DNA of 64,000 nt from a virus: IMG/VR virus record IMGVR_UViG_3300036828_000771, positions 1 through 64,000 of that record; one strand, given 5' to 3'. Position 1 is the stretch's first letter, and each line of letters begins with the position of its first letter. Positions 53,668-61,870 of the stretch are shown in pieces. A program made the position numbers and the translations under genes. The notes under the pieces were generated by a model, which worked only from the letters and a program-made list of their open reading frames with translations, did not search any database and had not been told where the DNA came from.

Positions 53668-54762
53668 TTGTCTGAACTTCAGGATACCTACGCCGCCGAA
53701 TTGCGGCACTCTGTGCAGCAGAAAAACCGCTGGCACAGAATCGTCTTGGCCACCTGCTCAGTCGTGCAGGGCACCGCCGTCTACTTCGGCCTCGGCGGTC
53801 TGATGACCGACACCGGATTCGCCGGCACCACCATTCCCATCGTCGTCGGGCTCGGCACCGCCATCGTGCTCTACATGACATGGGACATCTTTTTCACCAA
53901 TTTCCCGCTGCTCCACTCGCCAGTGCGTCAGGTTATGGCCGCCGCCTTCGCCATCGTCATGGGGCTGGCAACGGTCGGTATGTCGTCGTGGTTCATCGCC
54001 GCCGCCATCGGCGGGGATCAGGCCATCGTCGCCCACCAGCAGGACTACGTGAAGGAAGCGACGCGCCAGTTCGAGACCGCGCTGCACAATTCCAAGCACG
54101 AGGATGCGGTGCAGACCAAGGCGTTGGAGATCAGCGCCTACTGGCGAGCCAAGGCCGAGGGCGAGGAGAAGTTCGGCTCCAGCAAGACCAAACCGGGTGC
54201 CGGTCCCGATGCGCTGCTGCTGACCAAGGTTGCAGCGAACGCTCAGGCGTTTGCCGCTCACGTTCAGGCGAAGCGCGACGAAGCCGACGCCTTGTACGCT
54301 CAGGGCAGTACGTTGATCGCCGACATGGGCAACATCACCGAGCCACACAAGTTCATCGCCGAAGCCGCCAAGCTCAAGGCGCTGCTGGTCAAGCTCGATG
54401 CCACCACGGCGGCACCTGATGCGATGAATCTCGGTATCGTCATCCCCGAGAGCAGGAGCGATGATCACTACTCCATCGAGAAGCAGACCACCGACCTTCG
54501 CAAGGTCGCCAAGGAAGTCATCGGTGAGCACGAGAAGATCGTATTCGACGCCTTCGTGCCGATGTCACCCGCCATCGCCGTCATCCGCCACGCTGGCGCG
54601 GCCCCCGGCGGCTGGATCGTCGGCGTCGTGCTCGACCTCGTACCCATGATCCTGCTGCTCGCCATGATGATGCTGCACGGCGAGGCGCGCGAGCCGTTCG
54701 TTCGGCGCACGCCCTTTGCCCCGTCAGCCGACGTGGTGCCGATGCGCCGGCCGGCGGAGTAG
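53668..54762 (+). CDS. Multi-TM protein with long soluble coiled region
   Basis: Three N-terminal TMs, EE..G....G.GP motif, C-terminal TM; TTG after GGAG. Confidence 0.65.
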   Translation: MSELQDTYAAELRHSVQQKNRWHRIVLATCSVVQGTAVYFGLGGLMTDTGFAGTTIPIVVGLGTAIVLYMTWDIFFTNFPLLHSPVRQVMAAAFAIVMGLATVGMSSWFIAAAIGGDQAIVAHQQDYVKEATRQFETALHNSKHEDAVQTKALEISAYWRAKAEGEEKFGSSKTKPGAGPDALLLTKVAANAQAFAAHVQAKRDEADALYAQGSTLIADMGNITEPHKFIAEAAKLKALLVKLDATTAAPDAMNLGIVIPESRSDDHYSIEKQTTDLRKVAKEVIGEHEKIVFDAFVPMSPAIAVIRHAGAAPGGWIVGVVLDLVPMILLLAMMMLHGEAREPFVRRTPFAPSADVVPMRRPAE

Positions 54763-54765
54763 ACC

Positions 54766-54954
54766 ATGCCCAACCCCATCATGACGGTCGCCAACTTGCG
54801 CTCGGTGCTCAGCAAGATCGGCCCAGAGTTCGATAACTGCCCGGTGGCCATCTGGCTCCCGGACAGCCGGGTCGATCTTCATCAGTTGATCAGCAGGAAG
54901 CCAGTGCAAGGCTCGATCTTGATCGAAGGCAACCTGCGCCCCGGTGGCCGATGA
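54766..54954 (+). CDS. Hypothetical protein
   Basis: RBS GGAG; coupled chain. Confidence 0.5.
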   Translation: MPNPIMTVANLRSVLSKIGPEFDNCPVAIWLPDSRVDLHQLISRKPVQGSILIEGNLRPGGR

Positions 54955-55184
54955 CCCCCGCCGCTCTCACCAACGTCATCGCCACGCTGCTTGAGCTTGC
55001 CGGTGATGCCATCACGGTTGATGTCTTCACCACGGAATCCAACGGCTGTTACACCGGGTTGGTTGTGCCACGCATCAACGACGGCACCGTGCTGGTGCTG
55101 AGGGATGCCAACGACGTGACCCGCGACTACGAGTGGTACATCGCCTGCGAGCACATCGTCGCGATCAGGATGGCCCAGCCATGA
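54951..55184 (+). CDS. Hypothetical protein, possibly Sm/LSm-like beta fold
   Basis: VDVFT..YTG...DGTVLVL...WYIACEHIVAIR. Confidence 0.5.
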   Translation: MTPAALTNVIATLLELAGDAITVDVFTTESNGCYTGLVVPRINDGTVLVLRDANDVTRDYEWYIACEHIVAIRMAQP

Positions 55185-55456
55185 CCCGCCTGATCGAGTG
55201 GCTGTTCCTCAGCCTCGTCCCCATCTTGCTGATCGCCGGCATCGCTGACCACGCCCACGCCCGGGATCGCAAGGTGGCGCAGGAGTTCGAGCGCCTCAAC
55301 CCGTGCCCATCGACCGGCCGCACCCATGGCGCGTGCCCGGGCTACGTCCGAGACCATGTCATACCGCTCTGCAAGGGCGGCCCGGACTCCGTCGACAACA
55401 TGCAGTGGCAGACCGTCGCCGAGGGCAAAGCCAAGGACAAATGGGAGTGCAAATGA
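55181..55456 (+). CDS. Signal-peptide-bearing HNH-like nuclease
   Basis: Hydrophobic leader ending AHA; CPSTG..GACPGYVRDHVIPLCKGGPDSVDNMQWQT. Confidence 0.75.
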   Translation: MTRLIEWLFLSLVPILLIAGIADHAHARDRKVAQEFERLNPCPSTGRTHGACPGYVRDHVIPLCKGGPDSVDNMQWQTVAEGKAKDKWECK

Positions 55457-55517
55457 CGCGCGAGGCAGCGCGCTGATTTCCCCAGAACATACAGGAGACA
55501 TCAAACCTTAACAGTCT

Positions 55518-55670
55518 TGATCCTGCTCCCAAAAGGCGCAGGGTCAGCGCTGCCGGGGACAAGAGGGCGACGGTCCTTTTCCCCAACCCACCAGCCAGCC
55601 GACAGCGCTTCGGACCCCGACGCTGTTGGGTGCTGTTGGTGGAAGGATACCCGGCGGCGTCTCTACTGTT
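55518..55670. ncRNA. Structured RNA upstream of ProQ/FinO gene
   Basis: TGATCCTGC/GCAGGGTCA hairpin; GCGCTGCCGGG/CCCGGCGGCGT closing two inner hairpins. Confidence 0.4.
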
Positions 55671-55680
55671 GAGGGGTTCG

Positions 55681-56019
55681 ATGTCCGAGTTTCATCGCGC
55701 ATTGGAGCTTTTAGCGGACCTCGGACACCCGTTGTTCATGCGCATGAACGCCGAACACCGCGCCGTGCCGATGGCCATCGGCATCGCCAAGACCGTCCTC
55801 GACAACATCGACACGCTGCGCCGCCCGGCCGTCAAGCGCTCGATCAGATCGCTGACCAACTCCTACCAGTATCTCGATGCGCTCAAGGCCGAGGGAGCCA
55901 AGCGCCACGATCTCGCCGGCAATCCGGTCGGGCCGGTCTCGTCTGACCATCAGACTGCCGCGCGCGAGCGGCTCAAGATCATGCACCGGAGGAAGCACCC
56001 ACCCCAACCCAAGGGATAG
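55681..56019 (+). CDS. ProQ/FinO-domain RNA chaperone
   Basis: PMAIGI..T.S..YL..L..GAKR.DLAG.P.G.V...H...A; RBS GAGGGG. Confidence 0.8.
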   Translation: MSEFHRALELLADLGHPLFMRMNAEHRAVPMAIGIAKTVLDNIDTLRRPAVKRSIRSLTNSYQYLDALKAEGAKRHDLAGNPVGPVSSDHQTAARERLKIMHRRKHPPQPKG

Positions 56020-56024
56020 ATGCA

Positions 56025-57176
56025 GTGCAGTACCATCCGCTTGCCAACATCTTCCCGCTGATCGACGGCGAAGCCTTCGACGCCCTGAAGGCCGACATCA
56101 AAGCGAAGGGCCTGCGCGAGCCCATCGCTCTCTACCAGAAGCAGATACTGGACGGCCGGAATCGTTTCCGCGCCTGCAAGGCCGTTCGCGTGCGCCCGAA
56201 GTTCGAGACCTATCGGGGCAAGGACCCGCTCGGCTACGTCATCAGCCTGAACGTCAAGCGCCGGCACCTCGACGAATCCCAGCGCGCCATGGCCGGCGCG
56301 CGCGTCGCCACGCTGCCATGGGGTGTCCGCAAGGATCGGCAACAGGGACCAATTGGTCCCTCTATGACCATGCCCGAAGCGGCGAAGATGATGAACGTCG
56401 GCACGATGTCGCTGAAGCGCGCCCGGCTGGTGCTGGACAAGGGCGACAAGGACATCATCGCCGCTGTCGAAGCTGGCGACCTCGCCGTCGATGCTGCTGC
56501 CGAAGCCATCAAGCTGGAGATCGAGGAGCGCCGCGAGATCGCCAAGCTGGCCCGCCTGAAGTCGGGACAGGGCCGCAAGCTCGTGCGCAAGGTCATCAAG
56601 CGTAGCAAGCGCCGCAAGGTCGAGGAGGCGCTCGCCGAGCAGATCGCCGCGCTGCCCGACAAGAAGTACGGCGTCATCCTCGCCGACCCGGAATGGAAGT
56701 TCGAGACGTGGTCGGACGATGGGCAGAACAAGAACGCCGCCCTCCACTATGCCGTGAGCGACCTCTCCGACATCAAGGCGCGCGACGTGCCCTCAATTGC
56801 GGCCAAGGACTGCGTACTGTTCCTGTGGGCAACCGTGCCCATGCTGCCGCAGGCACTGGAGGTCATGGCAGCGTGGGACTTCGAGTACAAGACCCACTTC
56901 GCGTGGGTGAAGGACAAGACTGGCACCGGCTACTGGAACAAGAACCAACACGAGCTTCTCCTGCTCGGCACCAAGGGCAACATCCCGTCGCCAGCCGATG
57001 GCACCCAATGGTCGACCGTCATCCATGCACCACGCGCCCGACACAGCGAGAAGCCCGAGAAGGCCCTCGAACTGATCGAGGCTTACTTCCCCAACCTGCC
57101 CAAGATCGAACTCAACCGGCGCGGCCCCGCTCGACCCGGCTGGGATGCTTGGGGAGCGGAGGCCGAGCATGCCTGA
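56025..57176 (+). CDS. ParB-N fused MT-A70 adenine methyltransferase
   Basis: HPLA..FP..LKADI..GL.EPI..ILDGRNR; ILADPEW, LFLWAT, W.K, HELLL.G.KG, HSEKP. Confidence 0.85.
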   Translation: MQYHPLANIFPLIDGEAFDALKADIKAKGLREPIALYQKQILDGRNRFRACKAVRVRPKFETYRGKDPLGYVISLNVKRRHLDESQRAMAGARVATLPWGVRKDRQQGPIGPSMTMPEAAKMMNVGTMSLKRARLVLDKGDKDIIAAVEAGDLAVDAAAEAIKLEIEERREIAKLARLKSGQGRKLVRKVIKRSKRRKVEEALAEQIAALPDKKYGVILADPEWKFETWSDDGQNKNAALHYAVSDLSDIKARDVPSIAAKDCVLFLWATVPMLPQALEVMAAWDFEYKTHFAWVKDKTGTGYWNKNQHELLLLGTKGNIPSPADGTQWSTVIHAPRARHSEKPEKALELIEAYFPNLPKIELNRRGPARPGWDAWGAEAEHA

Positions 57177-57768
57177 AGCCTATTCGATTCGCGGACTGCC
57201 CAACGACCGACAGAAGCATCTGATCCGGCTCACCGAGTTCGAGGAGACTGTCGCAGCGCGCATCGCGCACGACCGGCGCTCCATCAACAACCGCTTCACC
57301 GTCCACCAGAATCCCGACCAGCAGTTACTGGGCGCTCGCGCCGAGATGGCGTTCTGCAAGGGCATGAACGTGTCGATCAAGCACCTCAACGTCATAGAGG
57401 ACTACGACGCCATCCTGTGCGGCCAGCGCTGCGACATCAAAGGCTACCGGCCGCACTACCAATACCATCATGTGGCAAAAACGCTGCGCCAAGTGTTCGA
57501 GCAGCGCGCGTTCGACTGGTACATGGCGATGGTCGCCCACGACGACGGCGCACTCGAATGGATCGGCGGCATGACCAAGGCCAGATTCGCCGCCTGCTAT
57601 CACATCTCACCCGGACCCGAGCACGGCCATGATCTCGACGAAGGTACGCCGTGCGTGCCGTTCAGCATGCTGACCAAGCCGCAGCGTTGGTGCACCGCCG
57701 TCCAGTGCGGCCAGCGCTGCGACAAGCGCTGCCCGTGGAACGCAGAGGCTCAACAACCAACCCCGTGA
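57169..57768 (+). CDS. Hypothetical protein, possible PD-(D/E)XK fold
   Basis: LGARAEMAF..DYD....CDIK. Confidence 0.5.
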   Translation: MPEAYSIRGLPNDRQKHLIRLTEFEETVAARIAHDRRSINNRFTVHQNPDQQLLGARAEMAFCKGMNVSIKHLNVIEDYDAILCGQRCDIKGYRPHYQYHHVAKTLRQVFEQRAFDWYMAMVAHDDGALEWIGGMTKARFAACYHISPGPEHGHDLDEGTPCVPFSMLTKPQRWCTAVQCGQRCDKRCPWNAEAQQPTP

Positions 57769-57777
57769 GAAGGGACC

Positions 57778-58296
57778 ATGTGTAACCTGCATGCCGAACT
57801 GCATCGTGCGAATCTGCATTCCAGAAATCGGATGGTCGATGGCCTGCTAGCCACGCTGGTATCGCCCAAGCTGCGCACCGTGGTCGGTATCGACCACGTC
57901 GAAATTTACGACGGCCACTATACGCCGTTGGCCGGCGGCTCGTTCGGCCTGATCATCGGTGTCGTCGAGTTCGGTGATCTCGTCGACCTCGCCGCCCTCG
58001 ATCTTGACAGCGAGCGAATCGGCACCCGCCTCGGTGTCGGTCGTGCACTGGGCCATGATGCGCTGGACTACGCCCGCCACAATGGCACTACGGTTTACCT
58101 GCGCGAGCGCGTGGTCGACTGGCTACACGAACCTGACGCCGCCGCCTTCATCCTCGACTGGTCGCTCGCCGGTCCGCTGCTCGGTGCTGACATCGGTGAC
58201 TGGCGGCTGCGCTGTGCAAGCTGGGACCTCGCCCACGTTGTCGCCAAGGTACTCGACCGGCCGTTGCCCCGGCCGCGCATCGAGGTTCAGCGATGA
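57778..58296 (+). CDS. Hypothetical replication-associated protein
   Basis: GDLVDLAA..ALG..V.DWL..FILDW; directly upstream of helicase. Confidence 0.5.
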   Translation: MCNLHAELHRANLHSRNRMVDGLLATLVSPKLRTVVGIDHVEIYDGHYTPLAGGSFGLIIGVVEFGDLVDLAALDLDSERIGTRLGVGRALGHDALDYARHNGTTVYLRERVVDWLHEPDAAAFILDWSLAGPLLGADIGDWRLRCASWDLAHVVAKVLDRPLPRPRIEVQR

Positions 58297-59567
58297 GCGC
58301 CGACGACGAATGGGACGACTATGATCAGGCCACTGGCGGCTCGAAGCGCTTCAAGGTCGTGCCCGGTTCGCCCGAGGGCAAGGGCTTTCCTCAGCCTCGT
58401 GTCATCACCGACGAAGACCTCGACGAAGACACGCTACCGCCTCGACGATGGCTCAAGGGCCGTAGTCTTATTCGCGGCGATCTCACTGGCATCGTCGGCG
58501 ATGGCGGTGTCGGCAAGTCGAGCCTCGAACTGATGACCGCTATTTCCCTCATCACTGGCCGCGAAACACTGGTCGGCGAAATGATATACGAGAACGGCCC
58601 GGTGTGGCTGCACAACTGCGAGGACTCCGTCGAGGAGGTCCGTCGCCGCCTGATCGCCATCCTCAAACACTTCAATATCCCGAACGATGATGTCGTCAAC
58701 CGGCTGTTCATCACCAGCGGCCTCGACAACGAGTTCATCGTCATGCGGCGCGACCGCTTCAGCGGTCTACTGGTCCCGACCCCGCATGTCGCGAACTGCA
58801 TCGAACACATCAAAGACCTCGGCATCATCTACGCCAGCTTCGATCCGTTCGGCGGGTTGGTCGAGGACACCAACGAGAACAGCAATCTCGAAGTCCGCAA
58901 GGGTCTCACTCAGTTTAAGCAGATCGCCTACCAGACCAGCGCATCCATCGCCGTCGACCATCACACCGGCAAGGCACCGCGCGGCTACAAGAGCGATCCC
59001 ACTGACCCCAACGTCGCACGCGGCGGCAGAGCCTTCGTCGACACTTGCCGAATCGTCCAGCAGATCACCACCATCACCGAGGCTGACGCCGATAAGTTCG
59101 AGATTCATACCGACGACAGGCATCTCTACCTGCGGCGCGACAACGGCAAGATCAATCTCTCGCTGCTCGATGGCAAAGCACTCGGCTGGTACAAGCGCGA
59201 GACCATCACCTTGCGCAACGGCGATGATGTCGGTGTCATCGTCCCGCACAAGTTCGGCAAAGGCGAGACCATCGAGGGCATCGAGGACGAGCGCGACGAG
59301 AACCTCATCCTCGCGCTGGTCGAACGCCGCTTCTCCGAAGGCCAGCCCTTGTCGTCCACGCCGCAGGCCGCCATGCGCTACCTGCCCGTCGTGATCGCCC
59401 AGTTGCCTATCGGCGAGAGAGTCGCCGAAGGCAGGGCCAAAAGGATCATGACCAAGCTCTATGCCCATGACCGAATCTGGGTCGTCACGACCAGCAAGAA
59501 GGACAAGACCAAGGGCCTCTGCACAGCCCAGCAAGCCCGCACGCTCAACTTGCAAAAGGAGGAATAG
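58293..59567 (+). CDS. AAA_25 / RepA-like replicative helicase
   Basis: RRWL, GDGGVGKS, NCED..EVRRR, FDP, ENSN, DHHTGK, ARGG, K.N. Confidence 0.85.
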   Translation: MSADDEWDDYDQATGGSKRFKVVPGSPEGKGFPQPRVITDEDLDEDTLPPRRWLKGRSLIRGDLTGIVGDGGVGKSSLELMTAISLITGRETLVGEMIYENGPVWLHNCEDSVEEVRRRLIAILKHFNIPNDDVVNRLFITSGLDNEFIVMRRDRFSGLLVPTPHVANCIEHIKDLGIIYASFDPFGGLVEDTNENSNLEVRKGLTQFKQIAYQTSASIAVDHHTGKAPRGYKSDPTDPNVARGGRAFVDTCRIVQQITTITEADADKFEIHTDDRHLYLRRDNGKINLSLLDGKALGWYKRETITLRNGDDVGVIVPHKFGKGETIEGIEDERDENLILALVERRFSEGQPLSSTPQAAMRYLPVVIAQLPIGERVAEGRAKRIMTKLYAHDRIWVVTTSKKDKTKGLCTAQQARTLNLQKEE

Positions 59568-59574
59568 TATTTTC

Positions 59575-59735
59575 AACCATCGGCTAGCGGAGCGGAAGTT
59601 CCAAGAGGGTCGCGGAAGTAGTTCCGGGGCCGTTGATAACAAAGCGGAAGTTCGCGGCGGAAGTTTCTCCCTAGAACCCTAGTGTGAGTCTTCGTCTCAC
59701 ACACTCCCTACGGTCGTGTGAGATCGACTCACCCC
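59575..59735. other. Putative replication origin
   Basis: Four GCGGAAGT repeats (59592, 59612, 59644, 59657) plus GTGTGAG/CTCACAC inverted repeats just after the helicase. Confidence 0.55.
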
Positions 59736-59780
59736 GGCGATTACCAGAGTAATTTTATTACCCACTCGAAAGGATACCCC

Positions 59781-59987
59781 ATGACCCGCCTCGACCAGTA
59801 CGACACCCTCCTCGATCTCCTCGTCCAAGCCGTCCGCACCCTCCATGCCCCGGTCGACGATGGCGAACCCTCGCCCATGATCGAGCACTACCGCCACCAC
59901 ATCGGTCTCCAGCTTCAACTCACCGAGCGACTCGTCCACGACTACTTCGACATGCTTGACGTGACCAAAGCCGATGCCCCACATTAA
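59781..59987 (+). CDS. Hypothetical protein
   Basis: RBS GAAAGGA. Confidence 0.5.
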   Translation: MTRLDQYDTLLDLLVQAVRTLHAPVDDGEPSPMIEHYRHHIGLQLQLTERLVHDYFDMLDVTKADAPH

Positions 59988-59993
59988 GGGCAT
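59974..59993. promoter_or_regulatory. 20-bp palindromic operator
   Basis: ATGCCCCACATTAAGGGCAT. Confidence 0.65.
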
Positions 59994-60250
59994 CTTGAAA
60001 GTCGTCGGCTGGCTCTGTGCCATCGCCTTTGCCCTGTGGGGATTCGCCATGCTCGACAGCCAGACCGCCTGCCAGTTGGCCTGCCAATGAACAGCGAAGC
60101 CCTGCGCGGCAGCACCAAGGTCGACGCTGGCGGACACATGCCCCACTTCGGCGACACCGAAAGGTTCGATGAACCAATGCTCGCCGGCCTGCTGTTCTCC
60201 GCCATCGCCCTCATCGTCATCGCCCTCATCGCCCTGCGGAGAAAACACCG

Positions 60251-60415
60251 ATGAGCAAAATCGTCTACCAAGTCACCATCGAAACCAAAGGCAACGAGCC
60301 CGAGCCCGATGACGAACTCGCCGGCACTCTCGAATTTGTAATCCTCGAAGCCTACGCATCCGGCGATCCCATCACCGTCAAAGTCAAAGTCCTCGAACGC
60401 ACCGACACGCCATGA
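60251..60415 (+). CDS. Hypothetical protein (54 aa)
   Basis: GGAG RBS; MSKIVYQVTIE; ATGA-coupled. Confidence 0.5.
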   Translation: MSKIVYQVTIETKGNEPEPDDELAGTLEFVILEAYASGDPITVKVKVLERTDTP

Positions 60416-60675
60416 CCCAACCCATCACCCGCAACGACGGCCAGCCGCTCCGCCTCAGCTTCTACGAAGCCATGCTCTACACCGGACTCGACCGAGCCCT
60501 CCTCAGCTTCATCCTCATCAACCATCTCAGCCTCAACGCCGTCGAACGCCGCAGCATCGCCATCGAAACCCTCGACCGCGCCACCCTCATCGCCCGCCGA
60601 TATCCCACCGGACCACCCCACAAATCCCAACCCGCAAGGCCCCTCCATCCGCGACAGATCGCACGTCGCGCTTGA
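60412..60675 (+). CDS. Hypothetical protein, possible excisionase-like HTH
   Basis: LSFYEAMLYTGLDR..L. Confidence 0.4.
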   Translation: MTQPITRNDGQPLRLSFYEAMLYTGLDRALLSFILINHLSLNAVERRSIAIETLDRATLIARRYPTGPPHKSQPARPLHPRQIARRA

Positions 60676-60798
60676 CAGGCACCCCGATGTTGTGGCTGGA
60701 ATCCGCCCTGTCGCAAACTGTGGAACTGTCGGGGAGGCTCCAATGAGGGGTTCGTAGCACAAAGCGCACATTGCACTGTCCGGCAGGCGTGTACGGAG

Positions 60799-60818
60799 AT
60801 GTCCTAATTTAAGGGCAG
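60799..60818. promoter_or_regulatory. 20-bp operator upstream of NusG-like gene
   Basis: ATGTCCTAATTTAAGGGCAG. Confidence 0.65.
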
Positions 60819-60849
60819 GAGGTTCCCCCACCAACAGTAGTTCAGTTCA

Positions 60850-61386
60850 ATGTTCGCGTGGCATGTCGCTACCACAAGACCATTCTCCGAACTCATCGCA
60901 GAGAGACACCTCGAACAGCAACGCTTCCAAGCGTTCAACCCCAAGTGCCTCGATATGCGAATCGTCCGGGGTCGCCGTGTCACCGTCGAAAAGCCCTACA
61001 TCCCCGGTTATATCTTCATCAATTTCGACGACACCGCCGAAAACTGGCAGTCCATCAACTACACGCGCGGCATCATCTCCCTCATCTACGCCTCGCCCGA
61101 GCATCCCGCCGTCGTCAAACCCGACGCCATGCAAATCCTCATCGACCGATGCTCCGGTGGCCAGTACATCACCGAGCACGAGATCGACCAGCACATCGCC
61201 AAGCTCGTCCCCATCGCCGCTACCGTCCGCATCACCAGCGGCCCGTTCGACGGCCTCCACGGCATCGTCAAGTGGTCCCACCACCACAGAGTCGCCGTCC
61301 TCATGCGCTTCCTCGGCGTCGTCCGCGAAATTGACATCTCCGCCAAGGCTGTAGAGGTTATCTCCCCTCTGCCACCACGATCCTAA
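60850..61386 (+). CDS. NusG/RfaH-family transcription antiterminator
   Basis: W.V..T, F.P, PYIPGYIFI.F, W..IN.TRGI..L; KOW VRITSGPFDGLHG. Confidence 0.85.
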   Translation: MFAWHVATTRPFSELIAERHLEQQRFQAFNPKCLDMRIVRGRRVTVEKPYIPGYIFINFDDTAENWQSINYTRGIISLIYASPEHPAVVKPDAMQILIDRCSGGQYITEHEIDQHIAKLVPIAATVRITSGPFDGLHGIVKWSHHHRVAVLMRFLGVVREIDISAKAVEVISPLPPRS

Positions 61387-61405
61387 ATGTAGTCGCGAGT
61401 AGATC

Positions 61406-61870
61406 ATGGCTCAGACCAGCGTTGTCCCGCTGCCCAAGCCTCGACCCGGTCCACCGAAAGGCGTCCGCTACGGCGGCAGGCAGAAAGGCACACCGAACAA
61501 GCGCACACCCGAGATGGTGCTGCTCGCGCGGCAGTACGGACCAGAGGTGCTCGCCAAGTTCATCAACCTGCTGCGCAAAAGCGACGACGAGGACATTGTC
61601 CTAAGAGCAGGGCAGGAGATTCTCAACCGAGGCTTCGGCCGACCTCCAACCGCTGTTGCTTTGACCGGCCCACAAGGCGAGCCGCTCGACTTCACGAGGC
61701 TCGATGATGGACAACTCCAACGGCTTCTCGCCCACCTCGAACAGTTTGTCCTTGGAACGGGCGAGGAGAGTCATCCCATACTTGAAGGCCGAGCTACAGA
61801 AGCGCGAACGATTGGCGAGGGAACGGCAGGACCTCGCGAACCGACTGGAGGAGATTCGCGAGAGGTGTGA
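61406..61870 (+). CDS. Terminase small subunit
   Basis: GGRQKGTPNKRT..LAR..EILNRGFGRP..LTG..G.P. Confidence 0.75.
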   Translation: MAQTSVVPLPKPRPGPPKGVRYGGRQKGTPNKRTPEMVLLARQYGPEVLAKFINLLRKSDDEDIVLRAGQEILNRGFGRPPTAVALTGPQGEPLDFTRLDDGQLQRLLAHLEQFVLGTGEESHPILEGRATEARTIGEGTAGPREPTGGDSREV

